Of a stretch of DNA of 64,000 bases, positions 15,437-33,119 are shown one piece after another; position 1 is the stretch's first letter; every line of letters begins with the position of its first letter. This DNA is from Lepidodermella squamata (taxonomy: Eukaryota; Animalia; Gastrotricha), in contig JBLDXI010000021.1 of the NCBI GenBank assembly GCA_047495785.1, positions 2,604,001 through 2,668,000 of the forward strand, read 5' to 3'. The notes below the pieces were generated by a model. It did no database searches, was not told where the DNA came from, and was given only the letters and a program-made list of their open reading frames with translations. The position numbers were made by a program, and so were the translations under genes.

Positions 15437-16614
15437 CTAGTATGAAAATCCTACATTTCGAAACAAAAGACGATTAGGCGTAGGTGTGTGCACACTTTTA
15501 TTTATCATATTTATGTACAAAGAGGACATGGAACAACGCCAAAAAGAAATAAGCGGCAAAACGTAGACAAAACAAACTGGATAATCTTGACGGTCGATAA
15601 GATTGTTTCAGTTTATTGATCAAGACACATGTGTTTTCACATATGATGACAATTCTTCACAATTCAGCTGAAAAAGGAAGAACGCAGTTGTTGCCACGTT
15701 TTGCCTACTACTTTTGATGACCGAATGAGCAGGAGAAGAAAATATTTCAGAGAAAAAAATCGATGCAGCCAACGCATGCATGTGGTTGTTTTGAACAACG
15801 ACAAGAAGGATTTTGCCAGTGTATTTAAAATTTATATGACCCGCCGACGCTTTCAATAGGCCTTACGCAGAGAAATCCAGTTGACGCCTTGGGCGAGCAT
15901 GTACAATAGCTGACCTACGTGATATTTCATAAGAGAGGACTTGTGGGTTTAGAGCAGAGATGTAACAGAGTGGGACAGAAAAGCATGATCGCAGATTTAA
16001 TTCAGAGATTGACTTTGCTTCTGTCACAAAATTTGCTTTCTTTATTAAACATTCGAAGCGAGAATCGGCGTATATCAAAACAGAAAAATTCAGTCACAGA
16101 AAACACGTCACAACACCGAGTTGAAACGAACGTTGCGATTCATTACACAAATTGATCATCGGTAGCTCGCAAAAACCGACTACGAGAATTTCAATTAAAA
16201 ATGACAAAAAAGAAAAATAACGATCGCCGACGTAACACTTGCAATCATGATCGTTACCATCATGATCAATATTACTATCATATTATTATCATTGAAATAT
16301 CTATGCAAATAATTGCATCAAGCCTGTTGGCCTGTTCATCCGATCAAGCACAAAATACATGATGAATGAATGGGAGAGGAAAAAAACAAACGTTTCTAAA
16401 ATATGTGAGCACGGTCATTTTGCTTGTTTCCATTGACACTTGCCCATGAAGTACGAGCGGCAAACGCAAACGGAACAGAAGGATCAAAGTTGTAAGGAGA
16501 GAACGCGAAAAAGCACAAATTACTATGGAAAAATGGCCTAAGCCGATGCTAGAAGTCGGTTTCAAGTTGCTTCTTGTCAGGCGAGAGGCATGCCGATGGA
16601 ATATCACGGCATGC

Positions 16615-19202
<2,588 letters not shown>

Positions 19203-20427
19203 ATGTTAAGCTGAATCAGTGGTAGAAAATCAACGACAAGATACCTGCCAAGGAACGGTCTAGAGTTTGACGAGTTCAGCAAGTCACTGTGCAAATAAAA
19301 CGTGTGAGTGCTCAGACACTACATTTATATACAAACGAGACAAACGATAATATTAATTTACGCTTTACCCTTTAATCGTGAATAAGAAATTAAGCAATTC
19401 GAGTGTTCAATTCTCAAGCTTGTTGAACTAGCGCAAGGAGAAGCCGCTGTATTAGAATGACGCGATTTTGGCATCAAAGAGTTACAGATTATGGCTGAAT
19501 ATCACGAGACTTCAAGATCCTTCATAACGATCCCATCAGATGTACACAGCGATCTGATAATTGCGCGCTTATCTGCGATAATTTGAGAGAAACTAAATAC
19601 CAATTACCAATACCGTTATACGTTACGTAATAGCTTAAAGCTTAAAGTCGCTTCTAGCACAATCAGTCAACGCAAGCAAGTAGTAGACGTAGACGCAGCG
19701 GTGGTTTGCGCAGACGCTTACAGGGAGCCTACGCTTGGCGTAAGATGGCTGTTTAACTAACTTGACGCTCTGTGCCCCTTCTCTGAAACTGCGATTACTT
19801 GTTATTTATTAAAACAAAATTCAAATTAATGTTGCCGGTGATAGAATATAATACAAATTATTATAAAATATAATTTTATAAAATTGAAAAATATTTGTTG
19901 TTGAAGACTAATTTGATGCTACAAAATTAAAGCTCCGACTTTTGGCGCCGATTTCAAACTAATGAAATTAGCTCTAGGACCGTTCAACAATCAACATATC
20001 TTTGATCGTTAATACCATCGTCTACTCAGCCTCATCATCGACCATGCTTCCAATATGGATGTATTGAAAGTTTTATCATTCCCTCCGAAATTAATTGAAT
20101 TTTACAGCCGCTGATCGTAAATCAGAAATCGTAGCCTTTCAGCATTTATTATTTATTTCTACTTCTATTTTCTATTGTGTTTTACCGATGTCACTGTGCT
20201 TATGGCCGGTACTTCTTGGTTACTATATCTGGCTCAGTACCGAGTGCCTTCTGTTTTAGTCTAAATAAGGCGTATTAATGGAGGGAGTGATGTAGATTTT
20301 AAGCTTTCTGTGATACACTACGTCTATTAGTTTGTTCGCATTCCCTAATTATCTTCCCTATAGATATGTTGTACGCCTTTAGAGGATCTAAGCTTATACG
20401 GGATAAGCGATAATTTAAACTGTCGTA

Positions 20428-20694
20428 GCGGCCAAACTGTGAGGGTCACAATCGATCATCATATATCAATCGATTGCTGTAATAAAGGGCTACCGATTGG
20501 TGCCAAATCGAAGTCCACGCGGCACATTCAGGGTCAAGTTTTGGCCTGAAGACGCGCATTTTTTCAACTTTGAAGGCAAAAATCATATTTCCAGAAGTTC
20601 CACGCGGAATTTGATTTGGCACCAATCGATAGCCCTTTATTACAGCAATCGATTGATATATGATGATCGATTGTGACCCTCACGGTTTGACCAT
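20428..20694. mobile_element. MITE, ~80-bp TIRs, TA flanks
   Basis: ...CAAACTGTGAGGGTCACAATCGATCATC... is mirrored by ...GATGATCGATTGTGACCCTCACGGTTTG... Confidence 0.8.
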
Positions 20695-23600
20695 TATTTT
20701 GGTTAAATACAATGCTCATACCCTAAAGGCTTAAATCCCTTATATGTGTACAACAGATACAAGTGTCTAGTACAGTTAACAGACAGTTACTTATTTTTTA
20801 TTAATCTTTAAGCAGTTACTAACTTAGCCATAGAGAAATTTTTTTTTCAACTTTGAGATGCGCAATGAACAACGAGCAAGGTCTGGCATCAGTAGCGCCC
20901 TACGTGTTCGAGGTAAGCATTCCCATATACATCTGCCCAACTGGTTGTTAGTTGATTAATGTCGATTGACTGATATCCGCACTCAGTATCATAGTCTTAA
21001 CAAGATGGTTCAACTTGCAGATAAGTTAAAAATTGAACTAAGGATTCTAGGCGAGCATTCCCTCAAAGCGTATTTCATCCAAACGCTTCCATTCAGACCG
21101 TAGCCTTCTCGGATATAAATTTATGACCGCACAACTAGGTTAACTGTTGCCAATTGCTGACCCATCCCATACTCTAAATGCTATAATTCCTAACTTGAGA
21201 CGACATTGATGAGCAAACCCCGAGTGTGCGCAAGTGTGCGCGGCGCAATTAAGCAAATGCGGGGATGAGCTACCTATCACCTTAATAGATTTTGTACTCG
21301 GAAGTCCGAAGCATATCATTTGAATATCATTTGAAGATGTTTTCCGTATCACTTTGAAATAGCTTATTTTTGAATTTGTTGTATCGATGGGTGATTAGCA
21401 AAGGTACTTTGCTCGCACAACTGACTGTTGTTACCAAATTGTCGAGGGATAGTCAATGAGAACTAGGCATATAGTGCAATGTAATGGTGCTTTGGTGAAT
21501 AGTGCACGATTCATGGCAGTGATTTACGTAGTTGCATTGACTATTGACATTCATATATTAATAACTTTTTAGCTCTTACTTGGCTAACAATTGTTTCTTC
21601 CGTGCGACCTATGGCTTCAAGCCATTTTTGTCTAAGAATCAATGGCTTCTACGAGTTGGAAGAAGTGAACATACTTCATTTCATATTGTTAACCATAGTT
21701 AAACAAACCTTTGGTACTCGATAGAAATGGCGGTTGTCTTCAGCACCTGTAATTATTAAAAAAAATCGGTGTGTTATTCGGAAAACATTCAGTATGTTCA
21801 CCTTTATAACGAGCTCTGAACTTGCAATTCGGAAATCCACATGTTGTAGGCATATTTAAGAGATATCTATAAACAGTTATTCAAGTTGACAAAGTTAAAT
21901 ATTGCCTACATAATAATAAGAAGGTTTGCTACTGCCGTAAATGCTGTTACGCCGAGGTTTCTTTAGAAAGCGCCAATTATATTTTACACCTATTTATCCA
22001 GCGCCACTTCAGACCCAAACCTCAATTTCTGTCGCAATCCGTTTTTCCGTTAACTAGAACGTGGTACCTGCGCAGCACTGATTAAGCATCAGGTGTCTTG
22101 TTAAATGATTTTTAAGAAAAAAGATCGCCCCGAAATCGCTCATTGGGTCTGAATTGTCTCTATGATGGAAGAGGTATGAATAATTTGGAAATAAGAGAAT
22201 GAATGTCATGTCAGTTCGACCGAGTTGATGCCAGCTTGATAGATTTATTGCTGTTTTGTGGTGTCTTGATCTCGCAATAAGTGAATGCGATGCGACCTAA
22301 TGGATGTTTACGTGGAATCACTGTACCCATCCCACCAAGAGCACCATCAAAAATTGACACTCGAGCTGTAGGCGTCGTCTCCTACTAGTGAGTCTTCTTC
22401 CGCAGCGACGGTGTCAGCGCGGCTCCAGCTCCGATGGCTCATGTGCACTCATTCGCTTGATAGTCGTCGATATTGGCACATACGTGGGTGACGTTTTATC
22501 GCTTTCGCCGTGATGCTTGATGCTGACATTATATATCTTGTTGAAAATACGGCGTTGTGTTGGGCGCATATGAAATTTAGAAAGCACTTGTGCTGGAGAT
22601 ATTAGCAGACAGACACACGACGCGGAGCCGATATATGCTGGAAGTGGGGCTTCGTTGATCCTAAAATCACGAGCGCAAAATTTGCGGGCAAGAAGAATTT
22701 GTGCGGTGAGCACAACCATGTGCAAAATGCGAATTATAGGCTTTAAAATATGTGGTGGTCGGGTCTTATATTATTAGTTGGGTGGCTGAAAATATTACGC
22801 TATTCTTTCTCTAGTGTTGCTACTCTTCATTTGGTATTGCTACTTCCGTGTGGTGCTGGCCAGAAAATCACAGCGAACGTGTCCTTGCCTGGCCGTATCG
22901 TGCCGGTGTGGAAGACGCTGAGTACGGAGGTCGATGACGGCGGCGGCGGCGGCGACGCAGAAGAATATTGGCTAGATGATGACGGCAGTGGTTGGCTGGT
23001 GGATGTACACGGCACTAAGCAATAATACATTGGCGGGCGGCGCCATCAGCGTTGCGTGTGTATTGTTTCTATGTGCCAAATACATGTGCGCGAACGCGCG
23101 AGCGCGCGCTGGGATGTAGAGTGGATTAAAGATTTTGGTATTAAGAAAATCGATAATTTGCGACCGGGAGCCAGAGTCTTTTCCTCCCTTTGCCAGTCTC
23201 AAGTCCTGATTACACGTACTATAGATCGCAGCCGGGTGCCTGACGAACGGCGCGGTGTTGTCCTTACCGCCGCTACGAAGCAACCGCTCCAGACCAGGAG
23301 GGAGCCGGGCAACGTCGCGCGAATGACTGGGACAGTGCAGAATACAGGCCGCGCCTAGTAGTAAGCAGCGCAGTCTAGAAGCAGTGACGGCAAGCTATAT
23401 TAGCCGCGAATATCCTGAGACCTGCCTCAGGTACTCTCGTGTATCCTTTATTAATGCTTAATAATTATACACGCATACACAGCCAGCCACCCACCTTTGC
23501 TTATTCGCCGTAATTATTATTATTACGTGCGCGTTCGCTCTATCGCGTGCCGTGGTGTTGGTTCACGATGATGGTTCTTCTTCCCCCGGTCGATCATGAG

Positions 23601-25228
23601 GCGCGGCGATATTGAGATTGAATTGGAGTCCATCCGTGGTGGCTTCGCCGTGCGCTCTGCGACCTACCTCGCCGCAGCTATCACTTATCGCGGCGCTGTC
23701 GCTGCCGGTCTGCGTTCGATTTCAGCGAACTTGATGTTGATGGTGACAGTAATACTCGCGACGTAGTATGCCACATAGTGGCGTGGTGTGATAATAATAT
23801 TTTTGATTAGGTGGGAAGACGCGCGAAACACGAACGCCGCTGTGTGATGTTGATCATTAACGATTAGCTCTTGTCACTTTGGCGCAAATATGATATCTAA
23901 GACTTGACAAGCGGCGGGCGACGGAAGCTCGTCTGGCTACTAGCTGCCTGGCGCTTCTCCTACGTGGAATGCAGATTTTATGGTAGTATCTGCTTATTAG
24001 ACTTGTCGTCTAATGAAAAAGATATGCTAGCTAGCTCGGATGCCCTTCAGACGCGTCAGCCAAATAATACTAAACACCTAATTGAGGCGAGAGAAATAAA
24101 ACTAGGCTGGTTGGAACTATCATGAAGTTTAAAATGAGACAAAGAGCACCTATGCGAGTGAATCCTGCTGATTAGTGAGCAACAAACCACTCAGCACGAC
24201 TACCCTCGGGGCTCCTCTTAACCAATCAATCCGCGCAAAGTTGGTTCTGCGCTTAGCGGAGAAGACACAGTAGTGCAGCGATCGCGACGCGCGTGATGCG
24301 ATACCGGCTTGTTTTCCTGTTTCCTCTGCGGCATGCGCGCGCGCTGGATCGGCGGCTGAGTAGTTCTTCGACCGTGTGTCGAATTGGCTAATCCTTTTAA
24401 TCATTGGCAGTCTTAATCGTTTTTCGGTGCCGCGATGTCATATCGCCTCGCAGTATATACCTATCGCACGTCCGCCATAATTAGGCTTGTAAGCGACCGT
24501 CAGCAGCTTGTAGGTGTGATTACGGATGTGATGAGACCGGTTGCCGATGGAGTTCAGATAGTTGCGCGCGGCCTTTGCCGCTCAGTAATCCTTAATAATA
24601 TAGACAGATAATATGCGTGTGTATATGTGTGTGTCTATGTCATATCACCTGGTCGACGGCAAAGGGATGAGCTTAAGTAGATGCCAGCCTGCAAGGAAAT
24701 TCAAACCCCACATTACGCGCCGTCGCCATCCGTGCGCGCACTCACTAATATAATCACAAATGTGACGATAATGGAAAGAAAACTTGCCGCGGGTGGTGAA
24801 GCCTTGTCATTTTCCTGAGACTTAATTAGAAGGAGAGCATCACCTCAAGTTGGTCATCGACCAGCGGCGCCGATTGCTGTAAACACGGCGTGTCCTGGCG
24901 TAAAACAGGGCGATGAAAACGAAGCTTTGAATTCTTTCGTATCGTCTGAAAATGAAAACCGAATTTTATAGGTGGAAATCACAGTGAATAGAAAAATGAA
25001 TGAACATGAGAATATTGTCGAAGATGTCAAAGATTGATGCTGATGTCAGGGTTTTTTCGGTTTTCATGTTGAATATCAGTCAATAATTTCATTTATATTA
25101 TTCTACTTTGAATTAATCTCCGGATTGGTATATTTGCACTATTGGAATAGGTCATCGTTGTTTTATTGTTGTGTTTAATCTATTATTCACTGCAAGATCT
25201 TGCGTCCGTGATAGGTCGCATATTTGCA

Positions 25229-28200
25229 ATGACCGTTTTACGTCTCGTTGCAAAACGACTAGCTTCGTTAATATTGTTATCCAGCTGCCTCGTTCATGGA
25301 CAGAGAGGTAAATTTTCTGGAAATCTGCTTGGGAATAGCTTTGATGTGACAATATTGATTAGTCGCTGAAATAGCCGGATACACGCCGTTGGCGGGGAAC
25401 TGCCCGGGAAATACAATCCCTCCAACGCTGCAGCTCAGCCCAGAAGATTGTGCTGTTCGATGCGATGCCGACCCGAACTGCGCTGGTTTTTCATACACGA
25501 CAAGTGAGTATGAACTCTCGTGTCTGTTGAAATCAGACGCATGTGCCTCTCCGCTTGAAATGAAGGAGTATTCCTTCTATAAAAAACGTAAGTGCAAATT
25601 GGTTCCAGGACATTTTCATCTTGAAATCATAAACATATCTTAGGCGAAGAAACAATCGCATGCAGTGCTGGGCCAAAGTTACTTCGAAGCCTGAGCGTGG
25701 CGAAAATTCCCGGGCGATATTTTGTAGCGTGTCCCACTTTACAGTTCACGTGCTCCGGCTCACTCTACAGGTAAAACTTTGAAAATTTAAAATTCAACAC
25801 GATGAGTATGAACATTACAGGTGGGAATTTTACTCCGCTTCGGAGAGTGGATATCAGGTTCATCTGATTGTTTTGCGGAAAAATGCCCAGCAAGATTCTT
25901 ATAAGCTTGTGGGCTTCAACGCCCTCAGCGTATTCAAAAAAGGCCTCACTAATTACACGGTTCATAAAGCCGTACGCGTCGAGGTTCAAGCCAACGATTT
26001 CATAGGTTTCATGTATGACGAGAGCGCTCAGACCGGCGTGGTAGCGTGGCTCGATGCAACAGATAACATGGTGGGATACAGCCAGGACGACTTGCCAACA
26101 TGTTTCAGGACAACGCTCTGGCGATCGGAAGTCTTGCGCCAGAAAGAAAACTTGGTAATCAATGCGCCTCCCGAGAGAACGAAACTGCCGTTATTAAGAG
26201 CCTATATTACGAACGATCGTAAGCGCTTCATTTAATGACTATCCGTTGGATAATTTGTATTGATTAGAGAGTGGCCCTGTGTTGTGCCAGCAGCCACCAT
26301 TCGTACAGAACGGCTACTATACAGGCAGTGGGTTTCGGGAAATGTCTACCAGGACGTATACGTGTGATCCAGGCTATCGGCTTATTGGTAAAATTATTGA
26401 TTATAACGCAATTGTACGAGCTAAACCTCTTTTACGTAACCAGACAATCCGGTTATAACGTGCCTCCCAGGTAATGAGAATGTGCTTAATACTGATGATG
26501 CCTTAACTGAACTTGTGAGATAGATGGCTCCTGGACAAAGCCGCCTACTTGTGAAAAAGAAATGAATCTTGTTGGCGCTACTGGTTGTCCTGATAATCCG
26601 ATCGTACCTAACGCTCAGCGAGCTCCTGCAGATGTTCTCATGGCTTCACAACCCGGGCAGCCTGCTATGTCTGCTCCGTCTGCATCTAGCGGAAGCGTGG
26701 TCGTTTATCACTGTGACAGCGGTTACGAACTCGAAGGTCCTCTCTTCAGCATTTGCCAACCAGATGGTTCTTGGTCAACTCCTCCAACTTGCATTCGTAT
26801 GTTTTTCTTTCACATTAAGTAGAATGGCAATATTAAATATAACACTGTGTCTATATTTTTAACCTTGAAACACAAATCTATAGTTTTTCATACTTCAAAT
26901 ATAGATTTGAATATGAACTATATTTCTGATCTATATCTGAAATATAGATTCAGGTTTATCTATATTTTTGACCTGGAAAATCTATATTTTGAATATAAAT
27001 GCCCATTTCCAAGCCTGTCTAACGGAAAAACACAGGGATATAGTTTTCGCAACGCAATTTATTATGAAAGAAAATGGGGAAATTCAATTTTGAGAATAAT
27101 TTAGACGGGGACAGCATGGCAGGCGGGCTGCAAATATTGGCCGTAGGAACCAGGATTTCTCAGAAAACTCCGGAAAATCGAGCAGCATTTCGTCCCCGCT
27201 GTGCATGAATTCGCAGCGATTAGTGGGTCGGATCGCGCAGAAGATCATCGAACAGGTACGGTCAGCAAGTCGTCTCCTTAGATCGATAGAACGCGCCGCG
27301 AACACTGAGCAGAAAATCCAGAAAATCGGACAGCATTTTGACCCCAATTCGCAGAAATCACCACCGTGAAACTTGATTGAACTTGAAGTACTCTGCCAGC
27401 GACAGTTCCGATTCGATCACGCTGAAAACATCGACGTACCAAACACCGTTGCGACGCGCTAGTCTGAAATTGAGCCATTTTCAACATCCAGAGATGAAAT
27501 TCCGACGGACTGCTGTCGACTTTCTTCCATCGCAACCAAACGTGTCGTTCAAATCGAACCAGTTTCTTCGGTTGTAAAGGCGCATGGTTTTCGCGAACGT
27601 TGATTTCGAAGGAACCAGGTTTCAGGGTTGATGGGTTATCGAACCATTCGGCTTCAATTGCGGCAGCTTTGCCAATCGGAGCAGAATTCTGGGAGCATTT
27701 GTTCGGGAAATTCGAGCAGAATTCCGTTCGGACAGAAAATCGACTTTCAAAACGAGACGAAATTCGAACGAATGAGAAAAAATGAGCGAGAATGAGAATA
27801 AAGCCATTTTTAGGGGAAATTTTAAGTTGGATTTTTTATTTTTTAATACTTCTGCGTTGCGAAAAATATAGACACGTGTAATATTTTACGATACAACATT
27901 CGTAGAAACCTATATTTTCGTGAAGCACTCGTATAGATCTCGTAAAACTCATTCACCTCGTGAAATCTCGTCTCCACTCGCCTGCCGGCTCGTTCCGCCT
28001 CGATTTCACTCGTTTCATTCGTTTTACTCGATCTATATTTCGTGCTTCACTCAAATATAGATTCCTACTCATGTTATATCATACAAATATAAAAAACATT
28101 ATTTACAGCTACACCGGAACCGAGATGTCGTGCGGGCCGCCGAGTAACTGACTCATTCAGGATACAATTTGCGCCCAGCCAATCGCCTGATTTTATCGCC

Positions 28201-31200
28201 TGTCCGTCAATGCGTGTTGGCTGTGTCGGGGAAACCAATCGTTGGATCTTTTTCAGCCGCAAGGATGACGGTACCCCTGTGGTGCTAAGTGTGTGGCGCG
28301 AAACCTCGGTTGGCCAGTTCGTTCAAGTTGCCAATTACTTCTGGAATGCAACGGTCGTTGGGCGTGTAGTTTTGGTCATCCCGCCTGAGTCACGTCGCCG
28401 CGTCATCCAGGACGACTTCGTTTCAGTGCACTACATGAGCTCGGAAATGACTCCAGTCATCCCGTGGGCTGATGAATCATACCTGGCTGACTTGCCTTCG
28501 CCCGACGAGCTGTACGAATGTTACACTGCCCCACTCTATGACAGCCAGATCGAGCGCAGTATTCGCAAGCAAGGCTTCCTGAACATGCCAATGTACAAAA
28601 CTCGACGCTTGCCCGCAGTTCAGCTGCTCATATCAGACGTCGCGAAGTGCACGGCGCCGCCGGTCGTTGCTCACGCCGCAAATAATTTCCCGTCAAATCA
28701 AATCGCCAACTTCGGCTATGGCGTCTCGTATCGAGGTTACGGCGGCGAACCTGACTACGAACTGCGCGACGCCTTACCTGTTGACGTCTCGAACATGCTG
28801 GTCGACGCCGGTACTTTGGTGCAGTACTTTTGCGAAGACGGTTTCCGTATTCAAGGCCGACCATTTGTTACGTGCCAGCGCAATGGAACTTGGACCAAAC
28901 CTCCAACTTGCCAATGTATTCTTTATAATTTGACAACTTGAAAATGATGTAAAGCGATATTTTTATAGCCGTGGTTTACGATTGCAGTGCGGGCAACCCT
29001 CCAGAAATGCTGGACATGTTACCGGCCACCCCGATGCGGAAGCAGCTTTACTTGTTTCCGAACTTGCGGATTGGATGTTCATCTGAAATCGTTAGGTACG
29101 ATTTTCAAATTCACGATGTGGCCTTAATTCATTGTGGATTCGCTCATGCTTAGGTGGGAATTCTTCTCTATGGTATCTGAGAAGACAGTGATCTACTTTG
29201 ATGTTTGGCGCCGCATTGAACTGGATATCTATCAGCTGATCAACTCAAACAAAGTTGTTGTCGCTCAGAGCGGAAGAGTTGTCTACGACGTTCCACCAGC
29301 CGAGCGTATCTTGGTTCAGCGAGATTGCCTCCTAGGCTTCCATTACGAATCGCTCGCTGGGCCTGCTGTCATCCCACTTTACACACCTGAGGATCTCAGC
29401 CTGTTATTCCCACCTCCCGATATGACGCTCAATAACATTACTAGTGCAGACTTGTTCGCTACCTCAACGCCGTCCCGGCAGCAAATTTTATTGTCTGAGC
29501 GACTCTTCGAGTTCCAGTCAAAACCCATCAATCACGCAAAATTGCTCAAAGAAATTCGCATTTCTAATTACATGTCCGTAATTGGTCAGACGGCGAATCG
29601 GGCCGTTGCTCCGGCATTCGCTGCATATGCGCGAAGTAATTTTCCTTGTTTATAAGCCGTCATCTAGCAGCCTTATTTTACTAGGTGTGTCCGGTTGTGG
29701 TTTGGCTCCATCCGTCCCTTACGCTCAATTTACGATGTCAGATCCTCGAGGTTCGGTAGGCAGCATGGCGACCTACGAATGTTTTGATGGATTCGGCTTG
29801 ATCGGTAACGCTGTCTCGAAGTGCGGAATCGACCGAAAGTGGTCTGATACTCCGTTTTGCCAGCAACAAGGTACCATTGAACAACTTTGCGGTCGATGAA
29901 ATAATCCCAAGTTTGTTTTAGTTTTATGTACCGCGGGATATCCACTGCCAGCTCAAGCGCCCAAGGGGCTCAGCACATTTTTAATGGTCTTCACGAACTT
30001 GACCTTCAACTGCAGTGGAGTTGTTACAGCTTGGAAATATTACAGCCAAAATCATGGAAGAGTTAGTTTTGATCAACCGTTCGTTTCTTCGAAACGTTAG
30101 GTCTTTGATGATTATTAGATTGTTTACTTCGGCGTTTGGCGGCGAATCGATGCTGGTTTGAATCGTTACAAATTGATTGGGTTTAACAAGGTTACAACAT
30201 CTACCGTTGGGCTTGAAGTAGCCATTGTTAATCCCGAGGATTATATTGTGGCGAAACAAGGCGATATGCTGGGTATTCACTACGACTCAGTCAGAACTCC
30301 TGTTCATGAAGTCGTAGTACCATTTTCCTCAAACGAAGGCCCAGCTGTGACGAAAACGTCGCCATTACATCTGCAAATGTCTGATGGCTTCGTTGCCGAA
30401 CTCGGTCATGGTGATATAATATCCCGAAATCGCATCGTACGCTTCCTTGGTCCTCACTTCCACGACTGGCGCAGGCCCGCGCTCCAAGCTATTGTTAAAG
30501 TGACATTCACTCATTGCGGTGAAGCTCCTAATGTCGCATTCGCTCGCGTTCGTGTTGAAGACGACAGCCATGGCGCAGAAGGCACTTATGAGTGCTACGG
30601 TGCGTTGTATTTTGAATCGTCAATTTTATTTGCTTCAATTTGCAATAATTTTATCCAGACGGGTATTATTTAGTTGGAGAACCTACTGTGACTTGTCAGT
30701 ATAACGGTTACTGGACTACGCCTCCGAAATGCGTCGCGAATTGTAAGAATTTCACTTGAAAAAATCGAAACTACTATCAAGTTTTTTAAATAGCGAAATG
30801 CATTTGGAATCTGTTGCCTTCAACTTGGCCTCAAATGGCAACATCAGACCTCGAAGTTTATACGTCACGCCCCATTCTTTGCTCGGGATTTGTGAAGCGT
30901 TGGTCGTTCGTTAGCTTGGCTGCAAGCGGAACTGTTTATTTCGATATATGGCGCCCGATTCGTGGGTCCGACAAAACGGAGACCGGGAAATTTCGGCTGC
31001 AATTGATTGGCTACAACACAGTCAACAATATAACTCGTAAATGGTCAACTTTAGTTAGTGATTGACAATCAACAATGTTCTATTTCAGGTGGCGTAAACA
31101 CCATGATTGTTCCCCCGGAATCGCAAATTTTGGTAAACGTGGGCGATTTGATTGGAGTGCACTATCCGAACTCGTTGAGCAAGGTTATTCCATACCTTGA

Positions 31201-32508
31201 AGCTAAAGACGATATTCCTGAATCTGAGCTGTTTGATGTTGCGACCGCTGCTGGGGTCTATCACGACGAGGATCTCTTCAAGCCATTCCAATATTCTAAA
31301 TCTTTCGAAAGCGTCCTTCATAAAACGAAATATCCGGCAATCGAGGCTTTCATTTACAACGGTATGAAGATAAATGACATGCAGTGACTGCTGATTGAAA
31401 TTGTTAATTCTTTGTCTTTTTAATAAGAGCAAGAAAAACCCTACAAAGCCTGCAATGTGTGGACGACTTGTGCTGCAAATAGCGAATGCATCAGCCTCAA
31501 CTGCCGCCAACCGACTTGCGTCTGCAAATTCGGATACTGGTTGTCAGATGACGGTTTCAGGTGCCTGCCTGCTGCTCGCTTGTTGCAGACCTGTGGCTCT
31601 TCGAATGTAGCTTGCGCGACTTTTAACGCTCGTTGCGATCCGGCGTCGAATATTTGCAACTGTAATTACGACATGGAGCCTTCTACGGATGGTACTCGAT
31701 GCAGACCTCGTTCGACAGCCCAGAATTCGTTGCTTAATGAGCCATGCAGTAAGTTCACGTCTATTTATAAATAATCTGAAGGTTTCTGAACCTGAGCTAT
31801 TCTAGTTACTGAAACAAGCATAGTCTTTCTATTTTGAAGAATTAAATTGAAAAAATGCATCTTTCCATGATTGAAATACATTTAACTTCAGCCGATTTTC
31901 AAGTTTCAATTGTTAGCATTGAAATAATTTGCGCGAAAGGGTTTGAACATTGAGCAAGTCTTGCTAAAATGTTTGCTTCAATATTACAGAGAAATCAGAA
32001 GATTGCTATCAATCAATGCTTGGTCAAGATTGTGTTCAAGGACGTTGCCGATGCTCAATAGGATTCAGAGAAAAAACTGAAGAGGAGCTACGAATTGTAC
32101 CCACCGATACTCGTGAATGCGTGGAACTGTCTCTAAATTTCAGTGAGTTGGGATATTTGTTTTCGAGAATACCTGTTGATAATTTCCTCCTTTTTAGGCT
32201 TCTATCACGCTTACGACGAAAGGTGCTTTTCAGAAAGCAGCCCGTATTACACAGAGCTCTACGGTGAAAACCTCCGCCTTGGCTCAGATAAACCTGCCGC
32301 TGTATCAGCCATCGCGAGGTCAAATGTTCGCGAGTCATTGCCTGTTGCACCGACGGCGGCACCGCTGCTTGGAGAGGAATCCGAGTATATATTTGTCGTT
32401 TCTCGGCTCAACATAAAGCAATTTTCAGTTGCTGTTACAGCTTTTGCATTCATCATTTCGGCGTTGGTCACCCTATACATCCGTCGGAAGCGCAGAACTC
32501 GTTTTTAG
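25229..32508 (+). CDS. Multidomain type I membrane protein: signal peptide, PAN/apple, five copies of an unnamed beta-rich domain alternating with Sushi/CCP domains, EB-like Cys-rich modules, TM
   Basis: MTVLRLVAKRLASLILLSSCLVHG signal; CAVRCDADPNCAGFSY (PAN); YHCDSGYELEG..ICQPDGSWSTPPTC and similar (Sushi); TM AVTAFAFIISALVTLYI followed by RRKRR; many short GT-AG introns. Confidence 0.8.
27039..27869. mobile_element. Intronic TIR-bounded non-autonomous element
   Basis: TATAGTTTTCGCAACGCA ... TGCGTTGCGAAAAATATA inverted ends around a compositionally distinct insert in a large intron. Confidence 0.45.
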
Positions 32509-33119
32509 TTTACTTCTTTTGTACTTTTTATTTACCCGGTCTATTGTATATTTGAACTGATTGTTGATTGCTCAGCTTATCAAGTGCTGCTCAGTAGTGT
32601 CTCTCATGATTGTTACGCTAATGTTGAAGTATCTTCAAAAGGATTCAAGGATTCTTCTTCCTCATTGACTATTCTTACGCCTGTGGTTTCCTCTGATGAA
32701 CGGTAATGTAATAAAGGAGTTTCGACATTTTTATCCTGTTTTTTTTATTTAAGAATGGTATCCGCGATTTCAAAATCGTTATCAGGACCATCGAAAATCT
32801 CTAGAACTATGCCGTCAAATATTTTTTCACCCGCAAAATTTAAATGTCCCGACGCATTACGATCGAAAAAAATTGAGCGTATAGACAATGGCATCGACGT
32901 ATCAATTTCTGAACGAGCAATACAGAATTATGAAAAGTACACTACCGGGGAGCGGTAAAATTTTGTCAGGTACAACCTTGACAACGTTTTTTCGAAAAAA
33001 ACTTTATCCCGCAGTAAAAATCGTTTTTTCGCAGTAAGTATCTTCTTTTCGCAGTAACACACTTTTTCGCGCAGTAAGGACTTTTCTCTGCAGCAAATCG
33101 ACTTTTTCTCGCGAACCAT

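Noticed and set aside
22300-24900. GC/CpG-rich region with many short ORFs (possible smORF polycistron)
   Set aside because: No repeated peptide motif or recognisable homology; more likely regulatory or 5' UTR sequence between divergent genes.
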